NCBI RefSeq assembly: GCF_009914755.1
Contig: NC_060930.1
Reading direction: 5' to 3' (one strand)
DNA: 64,000 nt
Source: the human T2T-CHM13v2.0 reference genome, Homo sapiens
A model generated the notes under the pieces. That model did no database searches. It was not told the origin of the DNA and was given only the letters and a program-made list of their open reading frames with translations. The first letter of the stretch is position 1, and each line of letters starts with the position of its first letter. Position numbers and translations under genes: made by a program. Below, piece after piece: positions 1 through 12,470 of the stretch.

Positions 1-718
1 CTCGGGAGCAGCTTGTTCAGTTTCCATGTAGTTGTGCGGTTTTGAGTGAGTTTCTTAATCCTGAGTTCCAACTGGACTGCACTGTGGTCTGAGAGATAGT
101 TTGTTGTGATTTCTGTTCTTTTACATTTGCTGAGGAGTGTTTTACTTCCAATTATGTGGTCATTTTTAGAATAAGTGCGATGTGGTGCTGACAAGAATGT
201 ATATTCTGTTGATCTGGGGTGGAGAGTTCTGTAGATGTCTATTAGGTCTGCTTGGTCCAGAGCTGAGTTCAAGTTCTGGATATCCTTGCTAATTTTCTAT
301 CTCATTGATCTAATATTGACAGTGGGGTGTTAAAGTCTCCCACTATTATTGTGTGGGAGTCTAAGTCTCTTTGTAGGTCTCTAAGAACTTGCTTTATAAA
401 TCTGGGTGCTCCTGTATTGGGTGCATATACATTTAGGACAGTTAGCTCTTCTTGTTGCATTGATCCCTTTACCATTATGTAATGGCCTTGTCTCTTTTGA
501 TCTTTGTTGGTTTAAAGTCTGTTTTATCAGAGACTAGGACTGCAACCCCTGATTTTTTTTTTTTTTGCTTTCCATTTGCTTGGTAAATCTTCCTTAATCC
601 CTTTATTTTGAGCCTTTGCACATTGAGATGGGTCTCTTGAATACTGCACATTGATAAATCTTGACTCTTTATCCAATTTGCCAGCCTGTGTCTTTTAATC
701 GGGGCATTTAGCCCATTT
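1..718 (-). mobile_element. L1PA-type LINE-1 fragment, ORF2 endonuclease region
   Basis: Recognisable antisense L1 text (gaatgtatattctgttgatctggggtggagagttctgtagatgtctattagg ... ggggcatttagcccattta). Confidence 0.9.
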
Positions 719-1022
719 AATTATTAATTATTTTTGAACTATTTCCTTTGTGGTCACTCTAAGCTAACCATATATACCTTAACTTATCAGAGCTTCAAAT
801 TTATACTAATGATAGTGAAATACAGAAACATAAATCCTATGCACTATATAGCTCTATTTATTTCTCTCCCTTTTTGTGGTATTGTTATACTTATTATATA
901 ATATCTACAAATGTTAAAACTTAAAAGTATACTGTTGTAATTTTTACTTTATATAAATTTATGTCTTTCAAAGAAGCTAAGAAAAGAGAGAACAGCAAAT
1001 ACATATCTTAACTTCTGCTATA

Positions 1023-1343
1023 TAGGTCCAGCATTCCAAAGATCCAAAATTCCAAATGCTTCCAAATCTGAAAGTATTTGAGCTGACCTGATGCCATAAG
1101 TGGAAAATTCCACACCTGACTTCATGTGACAAGTTGCATATACTATTTATAAATATTGTAAAAAATTACCTTCAGGCTACATGTTTAAGGTATATATGAA
1201 ACATAAATGAATTTCATGTTTAGACTTGAGTCCTGCTGCTAAGATACCTCATAATAAATATGCAAATATTCAAAAATCCAAAAGAATCTGATATATAAAA
1301 CACTTCTGTTCCCAAGCATTTTGGATACGGAATACTCATCCTA
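1023..1343 (+). mobile_element. Tigger4b DNA transposon (TcMar-Tigger)
   Basis: gtggaaaattccacacctgac and aaattaccttcaggcta motifs; terminal cccaagcattttggata..atactca. Confidence 0.8.
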
Positions 1344-1399
1344 TATTAACCTTCTTATTTATCATTTCTGTTTTTTTTTTTTTTTTTTTTTTCATTTAT

Positions 1400-2880
1400 T
1401 CCCAGGTATTTGAGTTGCCATGTGGAGTCCTTTCCTTAGCCTAATACTGTTTTCTCTCACCACCTCCTTTTTATTGTTATTGATAAAATACTATATTTCT
1501 ATAAGTTATAGGCCCAACAATATTATTTTATACAAATGCTTTTTAAAAACCAGTTAAGATAATAAAGATGAAAAAATGTGAATTTATACTGTCTTAATAA
1601 TTATATGATAATCTTTACTAGAATTCTTTTGTGTGTTATGTGGATCCAAATTACTGCCTGGGGTCAGTCTCAGTCTGAAAAACTTCCTTTAGCATTTTGT
1701 TAAAAGGTGGGTCTGTTAGCAACAAATTCTCTCAGTTTTAATTTATTTGAGAATGTCTGTTTCATCTTCAGTTTTGAAAGGTAGCTTTGCTGAAAAAAGA
1801 TTCTTGGTTGACAGGTCCCCCTCTACACTCCTGCTTTAATTCCTGTGAATGCTATCCCACTGTCTCTGGCCCCCAGTTTCCTCTGAGAAGTCAGCTGTTA
1901 ATCTTACTGGGGTTTCTTGTAGAGGATGAGTCATTTTTCTCTGGCTACTTCCAAGATTTTCTTTGCCTTTAGCTTTTGGCATCTTTACTATAATGTATCT
2001 GTTTGTGGATCTTTTTGCATTTACCTTACCTGGAGTTAGTGGAACTTCCTGAATGTATAAGTTAATATTCTTGAATAAACTTGAAAAAATTTTAGAAATT
2101 ATATTTTATTTTCAATTTTTTTGGCTTTCTCTCTTCTTCTGGTTCACCTGTTGTATATATGGTGCACTTAATGGTGTTCCACATTTCTCAACAGCTCTGT
2201 TCATTTTCTTCATTTTTTTGTCCTCTGTGCTTTAGATTGTATGATCTGTATTGATCTATTTTCAAGTTTGCTAATTCTTTCTTCTGCCAGTTCTAATCCA
2301 CTAATGGGCCCCTCTGGTGAAATTTTCAACTCAGCAAAATTTCCATTTGGTTCTTTTCATAAAATTTCTTTCCCTATTGCCACCATACTTTCGTTTTCTT
2401 CATTTATCACACATTCCTTTAGTTCTATATTTATAATAGTTACTTTGAAGTCTTTGTCTGTTAAAGACAATATCTGACTGCTCTCACTGGCAGTTCCTGT
2501 GGCCTGCTTTTATTCTCAGTATATGGATTGTATGTGTCTGTTTCTTTGCATGTCCTGTAATTTTTTGGTGAAAATTGGGCTTTTTAAATAATGAAGTCCA
2601 CTCCTCCTCTTGCCCTCTCACTGCCTTAGATATTGCTTCTGAGGTGATGTAACCTCAGGTACGCCCACAGTCTCCATGTGAAGACAATGGTTTTGGCAGG
2701 ACTCTCTTTGACTGTCCCTTTCCCTGATCACACTCAGCTGTTAAGCTCCACTAATTAATTTCTGGGTGATTGTTTTAATGTTTTTAGTAATACACTGGGG
2801 CATAAATTGCTTTAAGGACTAATCTAATCAAATTCAGGCTCCTTTGAGGTCAGTGCTTGAGATTTATTCTGACCTAAGAG
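1400..2880 (-). mobile_element. Old L1M fragment (probably also 720-1020)
   Basis: Degenerate antisense L1M text (gggtctgttagcaacaaattctctcagtttt, ttttgaaaggtagctttgctg, gagaagtcagctgttaatct). Confidence 0.7.
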
Positions 2881-2886
2881 CTCTAT

Positions 2887-2930
2887 CCCAAAGTGCTGGG
2901 ATTACAGGTGTGAGCCATTATGCCAGGCCA
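2887..2930 (-). mobile_element. Isolated Alu 5'-end fragment
   Basis: cccaaagtgctgggattacaggtgtgagcca...ggcc only, abutting the L1M. Confidence 0.8.
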
Positions 2931-3425
2931 ATAAATGTTATTTTAAAGCAATCACTGGAAGTAAGGCTGATGAGACTGAAAACAAAAGGAGTAGAATCAA
3001 AGGACCCCTACCGGTTTGCCTCAAAAATCAGCTTAGATATTCCAGCAAAAACCTGAATAAAAAAAGTATGATGACCTCTCATTACTTGATATTTAACAAA
3101 TTGCCTTTAATACTGAAGTCAAATTGAACAAATATTCTTTGAGAGGTTAACAAATCTAATCAAGGGAAGTAACCCTTAAATAAACTATTTGCCTCAAGGG
3201 GAGAAAAAAAGCCAAAACTAAAATGGACCAAAACATCTCAGTTTTTAACCATTTTATCATACCTAATCTGAGCTGCTAGCTGGAGTTTATTCTTTAACCA
3301 TGACCCATATCAAGAGATATAAAAGAATCACATATATTTTGTAACTATCCATTAAATTGAGGGGAAACAGTAGTTTCTTAACTTGTAAAAAGAAAATGGT
3401 AACAAAAATAAGCTTACAAACAAAC

Positions 3426-3589
3426 CTTGTGGTTCACTGACTAACACCAAGCATTTTAAAATGCCAGGGAGGAGTAGTTCAACTTCATAAATGTCTGTGT
3501 TAGTTTCCTTGAAGAGTTGGAGGATGAAGGCCAGAATGGATGCTAAGCGAGGAGGAGGTGAGGACCCCTTATACTCAAGGTAGGATTTC
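3426..3589 (-). CDS. MMS22L: MMS22L coding exon (164 bp, probably exon 22): RKSYLEYKGSSPPPRLASILAFILQLFKETNTDIYEVELLLPGILKCLVLVSEPQ
   Basis: ttttcAG|GAA acceptor, AAG|GTTTGT donor; the gene continues beyond position 1. Confidence 0.93.
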
Positions 3590-4559
3590 CTGAAAAGAAG
3601 CAAAATTTGTTTATTCTCTGCTTAAAGCTTCAATAGAGCAAGACCAAATGGCATATAATTTAAAGATATTGGCAAAATTTACCCCCCAAATTAATACAGT
3701 GCCACTTGTATAAAGTATGTATATTTTACCATGCTATCTTCAAACATAGGATTTTAGAAGCAATGACTGACTGTATATCTTTCTGGTGTGTTCTGAGGGC
3801 CAAAGCACAATATAGTCACAAACTAAATTGAAAGCAACCTTGTTTTAAAATGAACTCAAAATCCAAATGAAAGCCTAACTGTTAATTTGCAGGTTTTTTT
3901 TTTCCCTTTCTAATACAAGTCTGATCTCCTCCATTGGGTCCTCAATGCCGCAACATTTTCTCTAATGTCAAATTTGCATAAAGAAATCTCTCTTCATATC
4001 TATTTATTTAAGGACTTGGAAGGAGTCTTATTTTTCCAAACAAACAGAGGACTGTCCTAGGAATAAGATAGGACACTCAAGCTTTATCTCCTTCCTTCCT
4101 CCAGCAAGTTAAAGACTCAGAGAACTAATTTAGGATTTAGCATTATCTCTCAAGACAAGACAAAATTTAGTACTAGAACTCAAGAGCGATCATAAGGATA
4201 ATAATTTGACTCATCTTTGTATATTCTCACCTCTTAGAACAGGTCCGGGCCCATAACAAGTGTTCAGTATACATTTATTAAATGAATAAATAAAAGTTGG
4301 AATTGCTTAGTTTCTACAAATGTCTAGACAATGTGAAAATCTGTCAAATACAGCTAAATATAAACTAGACATCCATATATATATATATTTGCAAAGTAAT
4401 AATAACCATAAGGAAGAGAAACCACTAAGTATTATAAACATAAGGACAGGAACTATGTCTTAGTAATTATTTCTATTCCCTACAGTGACTTCCAACAAAT
4501 ACTACATATTAGAAAATTCATTCTTTGAGGTTTTGTCCAATTTTGTTTACTGCTGAATT

Positions 4560-5750
4560 CCTAATGCCTAGAACAAACATATATTGGGCGCCAGTGGAAT
4601 GCCAGGTACATGTCTAAGAACAAGAATATAAAATTGAATAAAATATGGTCTCTGAAAGCAAGAGGCCCACCATGGAGTGGAGAAGTTAAATGAGAAAAAG
4701 AAAAAGACAATTATAATATAGCATAATGGTGCTTTTGACAAAGATAAGCACAGAATTCTCAGGAATTCAGAGAAAAGAGCCCTAACTCAGATGAGGGAGT
4801 GCAGGAATAGAGAAGCATGGCATGGAAGAAGTCATAGAAGACAATCTCTATATCTTTCCTGAGTATTAAAAAAAAAGCCTTCAACTATAAACCACAAGAA
4901 AAACATTTTCACTGTGTGTTAAGTAAATAGGAAAGTCAACTAATTCTGGGATCCTAAACACTGGGGTTTTAAACAGTTTTACAGATTCAATTTCACTTCA
5001 GCATCTGTCATTTAGTTTGTACTATAATTACTTATGCAATATCTCAAACACTGTGTTAGGTTACTACAATCCTGTTGGAAATTCAGATACAAGTAAGGCA
5101 AAACTATCATAATTCTGCAAATTGAGCTGTACAGGGCATATGATTTCAAAAAAGGAAACATACATGGTACACTGACATATCAGGTGTAGGTTTTATAAAG
5201 GATACGTGGGATTTAGCCCAAAAAAATGACATTTTAATGGAGAAAGCAATTTGAATAAAGCTGTGACATAGGGAGGTATGAGGCATTTTGGAGGGGCAAT
5301 ATGAATCTTATTAGGGGTTGTATGACACCATATGTAATACATTTGGAAACGGTAAGTGATGGATTGCAGAGAGCTAAGGAGCATGAAATTTATTTCATGG
5401 ACAAAAAAGATATTGCAGGTTTAATGGCAGGGAAGTTTCATAATGAAAGAGTATTTTAGGAAAAGTAATCTGGGGGCATTGTTTAGGGTGGACTAGAAGA
5501 AAAGACTAGAGATGCAGAAAGCAGTCAGGAGATTCTGACAATAGTCTAGGTATAATGCACTAAGGGAAGAGAAATAGGAAAAGGAGGACAGGATTGCCAA
5601 AGGATGGGCAAGGAAAGGAAGCAAAGAAGATAAAGCTTCCAAACCTGAGTAACAGGACACTAAGAACTCAAAAAGGTGAGAGGGGAGACAGATTTTAGGC
5701 ATGGAATTCTATGAGAGGTAACAGATATTATTGGGTCATTAAAAAACACA
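4560..5750 (-). mobile_element. L2 fragments
   Basis: Purine-rich degenerate antisense L2 text (gcagtcaggagattctgacaatagtctagg). Confidence 0.5.
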
Positions 5751-6036
5751 GAAAACTAATACTAGATAAGAATAACATACATCACCATAGCATCTTAAAG
5801 TTTAAAAGCTAATTTCATATAAAAATAAATAATACATGAAGGCAATGACAAAACATTTTTTATTACTGAACTTTCTAATGTTAAAGTTAAAGGATATAGA
5901 CTTAGTAGAATATTTAAGAAGTTTTGTTTTTCATTTGCTTAATAAAACTGAGTTAAGACTAAACTAACAAAATAAGACTTCAGGGTGCTTCATTTCCAAT
6001 ATTAGCATTCATTTTTTCACTTAATTATCTTTATAA

Positions 6037-6375
<339 letters not shown>

Positions 6376-6674
6376 TAAAATACAAATATTGTTTATCTGA
6401 TGAAAAACTAAAAAGCAAAAATATACCTTTAGGACATATATAAGGAAGGTAATAGCTACATAGAGAAAAGAGAAGGAATTTAAAGAGCATTGTCTTAGGC
6501 TGCCATAAGCAAATGTCATTTTAATAAAATCTTAGATAATGCTTCTCAGGAAAACAAAAAGCTTCTGAACTACTAGTATCCTAAGGGTTGCCAATATGTT
6601 TGAAATGCCACTTTATCACTTTAATAGAGCTTAATAATTTGTACATACCACCTATATTTAATATTTAGATGTAC

Positions 6675-6886
6675 CTTATGACTTGCACAATGCATTTCTT
6701 TAGAGATGATATTGGCGGAATAGTGGCTGTGTTTCTCAATGCCAGCAAAACAGGATGTTGTCCAAGATCTGAAACATATGGTGAAGCTGGAAGAAATCGC
6801 CCAATATACTGCTCAATAACATTCCCTAGCAATTGATTCAAATAGGCATTCGGATTTTGAGATTGACAACACACGATACACATGCC
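6675..6886 (-). CDS. MMS22L: MMS22L coding exon (212 bp, probably exon 21): GMCIVCCQSQNPNAYLNQLLGNVIEQYIGRFLPASPYVSDLGQHPVLLALRNTATIPPISSLKKCIVQVI
   Basis: ccttgtAG|GGC acceptor, AAG|GTACAT donor; phase 0 in, phase 2 out. Confidence 0.95.
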
Positions 6887-7379
6887 CTACAAGGAAAAAA
6901 AGTAAGAAATACTAAGAGGTAAAGTTTCAAAGAACAAACAATATTTAGAAACTCACTAATGAAGTCCCCAGCATTAATAATCATGTGAGAATATAAAAAT
7001 CAAAAAGGATACCTCACGTAATCCACAGATAATGTACATACGAATTACAAGGAGTTAAGCCTGGGCAATACATATGATATGGCATCTAACTAAGCATGTG
7101 TGTCTGAGGTGTGGACAAAGGAAGCAGGGGAGAACAGTAGGAAGACAAAGGCAGATTCTTTTCCTGTAATCATCAGAACACTTGAACATCTTGCTCATCA
7201 ACTACATTTATGTGTACTTACAAAGTTATAAAACACCTTTAGGTCATTTTTTTCTAGGTACTGGTTATTTTGTCTAAGACTATACAATTTTTGCTAAAAG
7301 TCTTCCATGCTAAAAATCTGATAATTTTTTTTAAAGTAATAACAAAGGGCGAGGAATATGGAAATTAAGACTCGGAATA

Positions 7380-7560
7380 ACAATTTACTTAGTTTTCCTA
7401 TAACAGGCACTGTGCTGTGTGCTTTATATTCACTATTTCATTTAAATTTCTCAAAGAACCACTGAGTTAGTAATATTGTATCTCCATTTTACAGCTAGGA
7501 TAACTAAGGTTTAGAAAAGTGAAGAGTTTAATACAGTCACACAGAACTCTTGATATCTGG
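7380..7560 (-). mobile_element. MIR
   Basis: ctccattttacag..actaaggtttagaaaagtgaag core. Confidence 0.6.
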
Positions 7561-8539
7561 TTGCATGTCTGTTTATTTAATCTCTTACATTTGTATAGCA
7601 GTTAACAAAATACTTTCATATATATTACAGTATTTAATACTTAAACCAATACTCTGAGAGAAAATAATGTTTTCTGCTAGTATTAGTAAATATTAAATGC
7701 TACTAAATATAGATAATCACCAACACAGCAATACATTATATTATAAAAGTTAACTCTTAATTTGGTACTTGGTGACTCACAACGTATTTTCCAAGAGAAA
7801 TAATTTAAAATGTTTGAAGTCTCCATTTTAGTTGTAAACGGGTACTTACCCAATAAGAAATTCTGAAAGTTTATTTGTAATGAAAAATAGCATACAGCTG
7901 TTAAAACTGTACCAAATAAACAACTGAAAAAAATCAAACAATGAACCCCTCCCCCAACCCACCCGCCACCACCAACTCTGTTTCTTGAGTAGTTTAAGGA
8001 AAAGCACATTAAATCAGAAGAAGATGAAGTAATAAATGAATATTTTCTGAAAATTCCGAAGAGGAGAGCTGGGTACCATGAAGAAATTAAAGACATAGCT
8101 CCAGTTCTACCAAACAGATAATACACCAAACTTTTAAATTTACCACTTACGAAGCTTAAGAGAATTCTTATTAAATGGACTGTTTGGGTTTAAGAGGACC
8201 ACATGGAAGAAATATTCCAGACTCTCCTGCTGCTCACCACTCCCCTCTATTCATCTCTCCCTCTGTGGGATTGGCGGTTCAGGCTGTGGTGTGGCTGCCT
8301 CCCCTTTTTGTCATTCTGCTAGATTAACACACTAAACTTCATTTTAAATGCTATTATGAATAAAAATTAGAGGGAAAATTTAAAACTTCTCAGGAATCTT
8401 AAAACTCTGTTAAGAAATACATCTTTGAAAAAAGATTGTTACATAATCAAAATCCATTTTCCCTTTCCTCCTCAGCTTCCCTTGTTGGACCTCAAATTAA
8501 GAAGCACTTATCTTTAACATCAGACACTAATGAATAATA

Positions 8540-9380
8540 AAGTACACCTCCAGTCTCATCCTTTCCTGAATGGCAGATCAATATTTCCAACTGCCTACCT
8601 CAAACTAAAGCTGCTCAGAAACCAATCCTTACCTTCATCCCGACATCTCCAGGATTTCCCACGTTAGTAAGTAGAACTACTATCTACGCAGATAGCCACT
8701 CTGGAATCTAGGAAGCATTTCACTTCTTTGAGTTCCTCCACAACACTCAATTAGCAAGTACTCTTAATCACAGCTCCCAAATGTTTTTGAAATCTGCTGT
8801 TATGGGTTTTATTCCCACTGCCTTAGGTCAAAACCTTCTGACAATATGTGGATTATTACAAGGAACTAGTTACCACTGCTTTCCAAAACCTCCACACCAA
8901 TTATCTTACATATGACCACCAGAATCATCTTTCTAAAATGTAAATATCATTATGTCACTTCTACTTCTCTGCTCCAAATTCATCAGGTCCCCATGTAAAA
9001 GATTAAGTCCAAACTTCTTAGGATGGAATATAAAGCCCTCCATTACATGGCTCCTCCCATATGACTCTCCAGCCACAACAGAACCATTCTATATTTTCTT
9101 AAAGCTCATGCCCTTGTACATGTTGCTCCCTCTGAAATGAAAAGCCCTCCAACTCCTACCCATTTTGCTCTTTTACCTCTGATGTCCTCTACAGTGTATT
9201 CTCTTATATCTCCTCACCCATAGTCTAATAGATGAGGTCTGAAAAAAAAAATACTGAGCACACTACCATAAGTGTCTGTGCTCATCTACCTCCTCTCTCA
9301 ACTTTAAGCTCCTCTGCTTTTTCATTTTTGTTTCCAAAGCCAAACATAAAAGCAATTTAAAATATGTTCAATAAATGTGC
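8540..9380 (+). mobile_element. L2
   Basis: ccagaatcatctttctaaaatgtaaat..gtcacttc motif; 3' end ttcaataaatgt. Confidence 0.65.
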
Positions 9381-9499
9381 CACACAAGCATTTGAGATTA
9401 TAATGTACAGTTTTTAAATCTGCATTTAGTAAACTATGTTTTTAAGGCAAAGTTTCAATATTTTTTTTTTAAACTTTTAAGCAACCACAGATACTATAC

Positions 9500-9669
9500 C
9501 TGGAGATACAAAGGAAGACTTTTCTGAATTGCTGACAACATAGGTGCAGGCAGTTCCTTCTCTTGCTGTAATACTGCATGTGGCAGCAGTAAACAATCTA
9601 TGATCCGGAATAGTAATTTTTGGGCTTTAGAAGTGGCAAAGATTTGTGCCCATGATTTCACAAGAATTC
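9500..9669 (-). CDS. MMS22L: MMS22L coding exon (170 bp, probably exon 20): GILVKSWAQIFATSKAQKLLFRIIDCLLLPHAVLQQEKELPAPMLSAIQKSLPLYLQ
   Basis: ttgttAG|GAA acceptor, CAG|GTATAG donor; lies within ORF 9494-9730. Confidence 0.95.
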
Positions 9670-9916
9670 CTAACAAAGAAGAGAAGTAACAGCATGTTGT
9701 TGTTATCCTCTGACCAGAACATTTTGTCACTTAATTTAAAAATTTGTATTGAAAGCACATGGGACCAAATTAAAGTAGGGAATAGGAAGAGACATATAGT
9801 AGAAGTAACAAATATTTATGTCAATTCATATATTTCACTAAAGAGACAAATTTTTCATAGAGTTTTGGGCCAAGGAAAACATACATTTTCCGAGCAACTG
9901 GCATTTAATATATACA

Positions 9917-10153
9917 CTGGTTAAGTATCCCTAATCTGAAAATATAAAATCTGAAACGCTCCAAAATCCAAAAGTTTGTGAGTGCCAACATGATGATCAA
10001 AAGAAATGCTCATTAGACCATTTCAAATTTCACACTGTTGGATTAGGGGTGCTCAACTGGTTAAGTATACTACAAGTATTCCAAAATCCAAAAAAATCTG
10101 AACTCCAAAATACTTCTAGTCCCAAGAATTTTAGACAAGGGCTAGTCAACCTG
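9917..10153 (+). mobile_element. Tigger4a (MER46A)
   Basis: Terminal inverted repeats ctggttaagtatccctaatc ... gggctagtcaacctg; internal aaatgctcatt. Confidence 0.85.
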
Positions 10154-11258
10154 TTTACACTCACACATACAGTGGAATATATTTATACATTATGTGACTA
10201 CATTGGCTGAATGTTGAAATTATTCAGGATTTCCCTTTCTGCTTTCCCTCTGAGTTGCTAGGATGCCCAGATGCAAATTAACAATCCACCTTTTAAAGAA
10301 TACTGTAGGATTATACATTATGGTTTTATATGCATACTAATTTTCCCTGGGCCTCACCATGAAACTCTATATTTATTTGTTGGTACCCCTATTTCTTCAT
10401 ATTTTAATCTTACATGTAAGTGGCCTCAATCCAGTTTGCAACAGAAGTATAATTAAATTTAATTGTTAATACATGGAAAGCAGGATTAGCTATAAGCTAA
10501 TCACTTAACCTCCACCAACTTCAGTTAACCTCCATGAACTTCAGTTTTTACACCTTTCCATTATTTAATATAAACAAACAAAATTTTAATTCTGAATGAA
10601 GAGAAACAGATTTCTTTGCTACTTGAAATATATTATGGCTTCCTTGGTGCTAGAAGTCTGTTAATTGCCACATCTGATGATAATAAAGCTTAACAAATGA
10701 GCACCCTTTGTTTAATAAAGTAATTAAGAGCAGATATATAATTCCCATTAGGATATATTATTACTATTGAGGTCTCCTTACTGAAAAATGAATTTAAAAA
10801 CAGATTAAATGCTTATCCAAAAAGCACAGTGGTACATCTACTGCATAAACTTTTATATTTTATTCCATCCTAGAAAGCAAAAACGATAAAATTCAAAGTC
10901 ATTTCCATCAAATAAAGAGTTTAAAATTTAAGCTCTGAAGGAAAACCAAAATATGCTTATGGAAAAGTATACTGATGTTAAAGAAAAAAACTCAACAAAT
11001 TATCACTTTTAAGAACAAACAGCAACATTCATCTTTTGTTGTAAAAGGAAGTACAATAATCAATCATAAAGAAACAATGTTCACTTAGCAAAGTTTTAAA
11101 TAATGCTGGCTTGCTCCTCATTTCTTCAGTTGGTGGAGAATTTCAGTATGACAGCAATATTAGAAGAACTTATATTCTAAAAACATTAATATACCTGTAA
11201 GGGGAACTGCTATCATCACTGGCATATGAAATGATTCTTATTACTCTCAGGTGCAATA

Positions 11259-11657
11259 CAGGTATGTTTCACTTTCTACAGTTTTAGTTACCCGTGCTAT
11301 AGGGTACCACATGGTATAGTTTAGTTACCGGTGATATAGGGTACCACGTGGTATAGTTTAGTTGCCCGTGGTATAGGATACCAATAAGATATTTTGACGA
11401 GGGGGTGGGGAAGGCAGTCAGAGAGAGACACAAAGTTCACATAACTTTTATTAGAGTCTATTGTCACAACTGTTCTATTAATACTATTATTAGTTATTAT
11501 GTTAAACTCTTATGTGCCTTATTTATGAATTAAACCTTATCATAAGTATGTATGTATAGGCAAAAACACAGCATACATAGGATTGGTACTATCTGCGGTT
11601 TCAGGCATCCACTAGTGGTGTTGAACATATCCCTCATGAATAAGGGGAAACTACTGT
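11259..11657 (+). mobile_element. MER44A (Tigger7 derivative) with an internal 37-bp triplication
   Basis: ggtactatctgcggtttcaggcatccact...gaataaggggaaactactg right end. Confidence 0.8.
11283..11383. repeat. Tandem repeat, period 37, about 2.7 copies
   Basis: tttagttacccgtgctatagggtaccacatggtatag-like units start at 11283, 11320 and 11357. Confidence 0.95.
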
Positions 11658-12152
11658 ATTTCATTTTCTGCAACGGTTGAAACACTTTGTTGAAGACTGT
11701 AAGCTTTAGGAGTTCATATAAGGTGGAGATATTTGTTTTACTCCTTGCTATCAGACACCTACTTTTTAGGTTTCAGCAATGAATATTTGTGTGTGTGTTA
11801 TTAAAAATGCAAAATGGAAATATAAAAAGATTTTTAAAGTAAAAAACTGGGAAAGGTTTAAATACATACAGTACCTTTGTAAAAACCTAAGTTTTTTTTT
11901 TCTTTTTCTGGCTATAAATATATTATTTATTAACAAATAAAACTGAAAATACAAAAAAATTTAATACAATCTCTCCATTCAATGATAACCACTATACAAG
12001 CTCTTGAGTATTTACTCATTTTCTATCGTCTGTATTTTCTATCCTATGTATTTTGCCTACTTTCTACCCTACGTAAAAATTGGGATCACTACAATATACA
12101 TTTTTAAATCTTTATAGTTAGAAAGTATTTTGTTCATTTAAGAACATTAAAA

Positions 12153-12470
12153 GCTGCGCACAGCGGCTCACACCTGTAATCCCAGCACTTTGGGAGGCTG
12201 AGGCAGGCAGGCTGCTTGAGCCCAGGAGTTCAAGACCAGCTTTGGTAACATAGTGAGATCCTGTCTGTAGTAAAAATACAAAAATTAACCAGGCATGGTG
12301 GTGCACATCTGCAGTCCCAGCTACTCAGGAGACTGAGGCACGAGAATTGTTTAAACCCAGAGGCAGAGGTTGCGGTGAGCTGAGATCACGTCACTGCACT
12401 TCAGCATAGGTGACAGAGGGAGACTCTGTCTCAAAAACAACAACAACAAAGAAAAACAAAAAGAACATTA
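12153..12470 (+). mobile_element. Alu (J or old S)
   Basis: Full dimer, A-rich tail, target-site duplication aagaacattaaaa. Confidence 0.95.

Noticed and set aside
7683-8129. 148-aa minus-strand ORF
   Set aside because: Low-complexity intronic composition, non-ATG start, no recognisable domain, and not needed for the MMS22L frame.
11283-11383. CRISPR-like ~37-bp palindromic repeats
   Set aside because: Units are contiguous with no unique spacers, lie within a MER44A element, and the context is mammalian.
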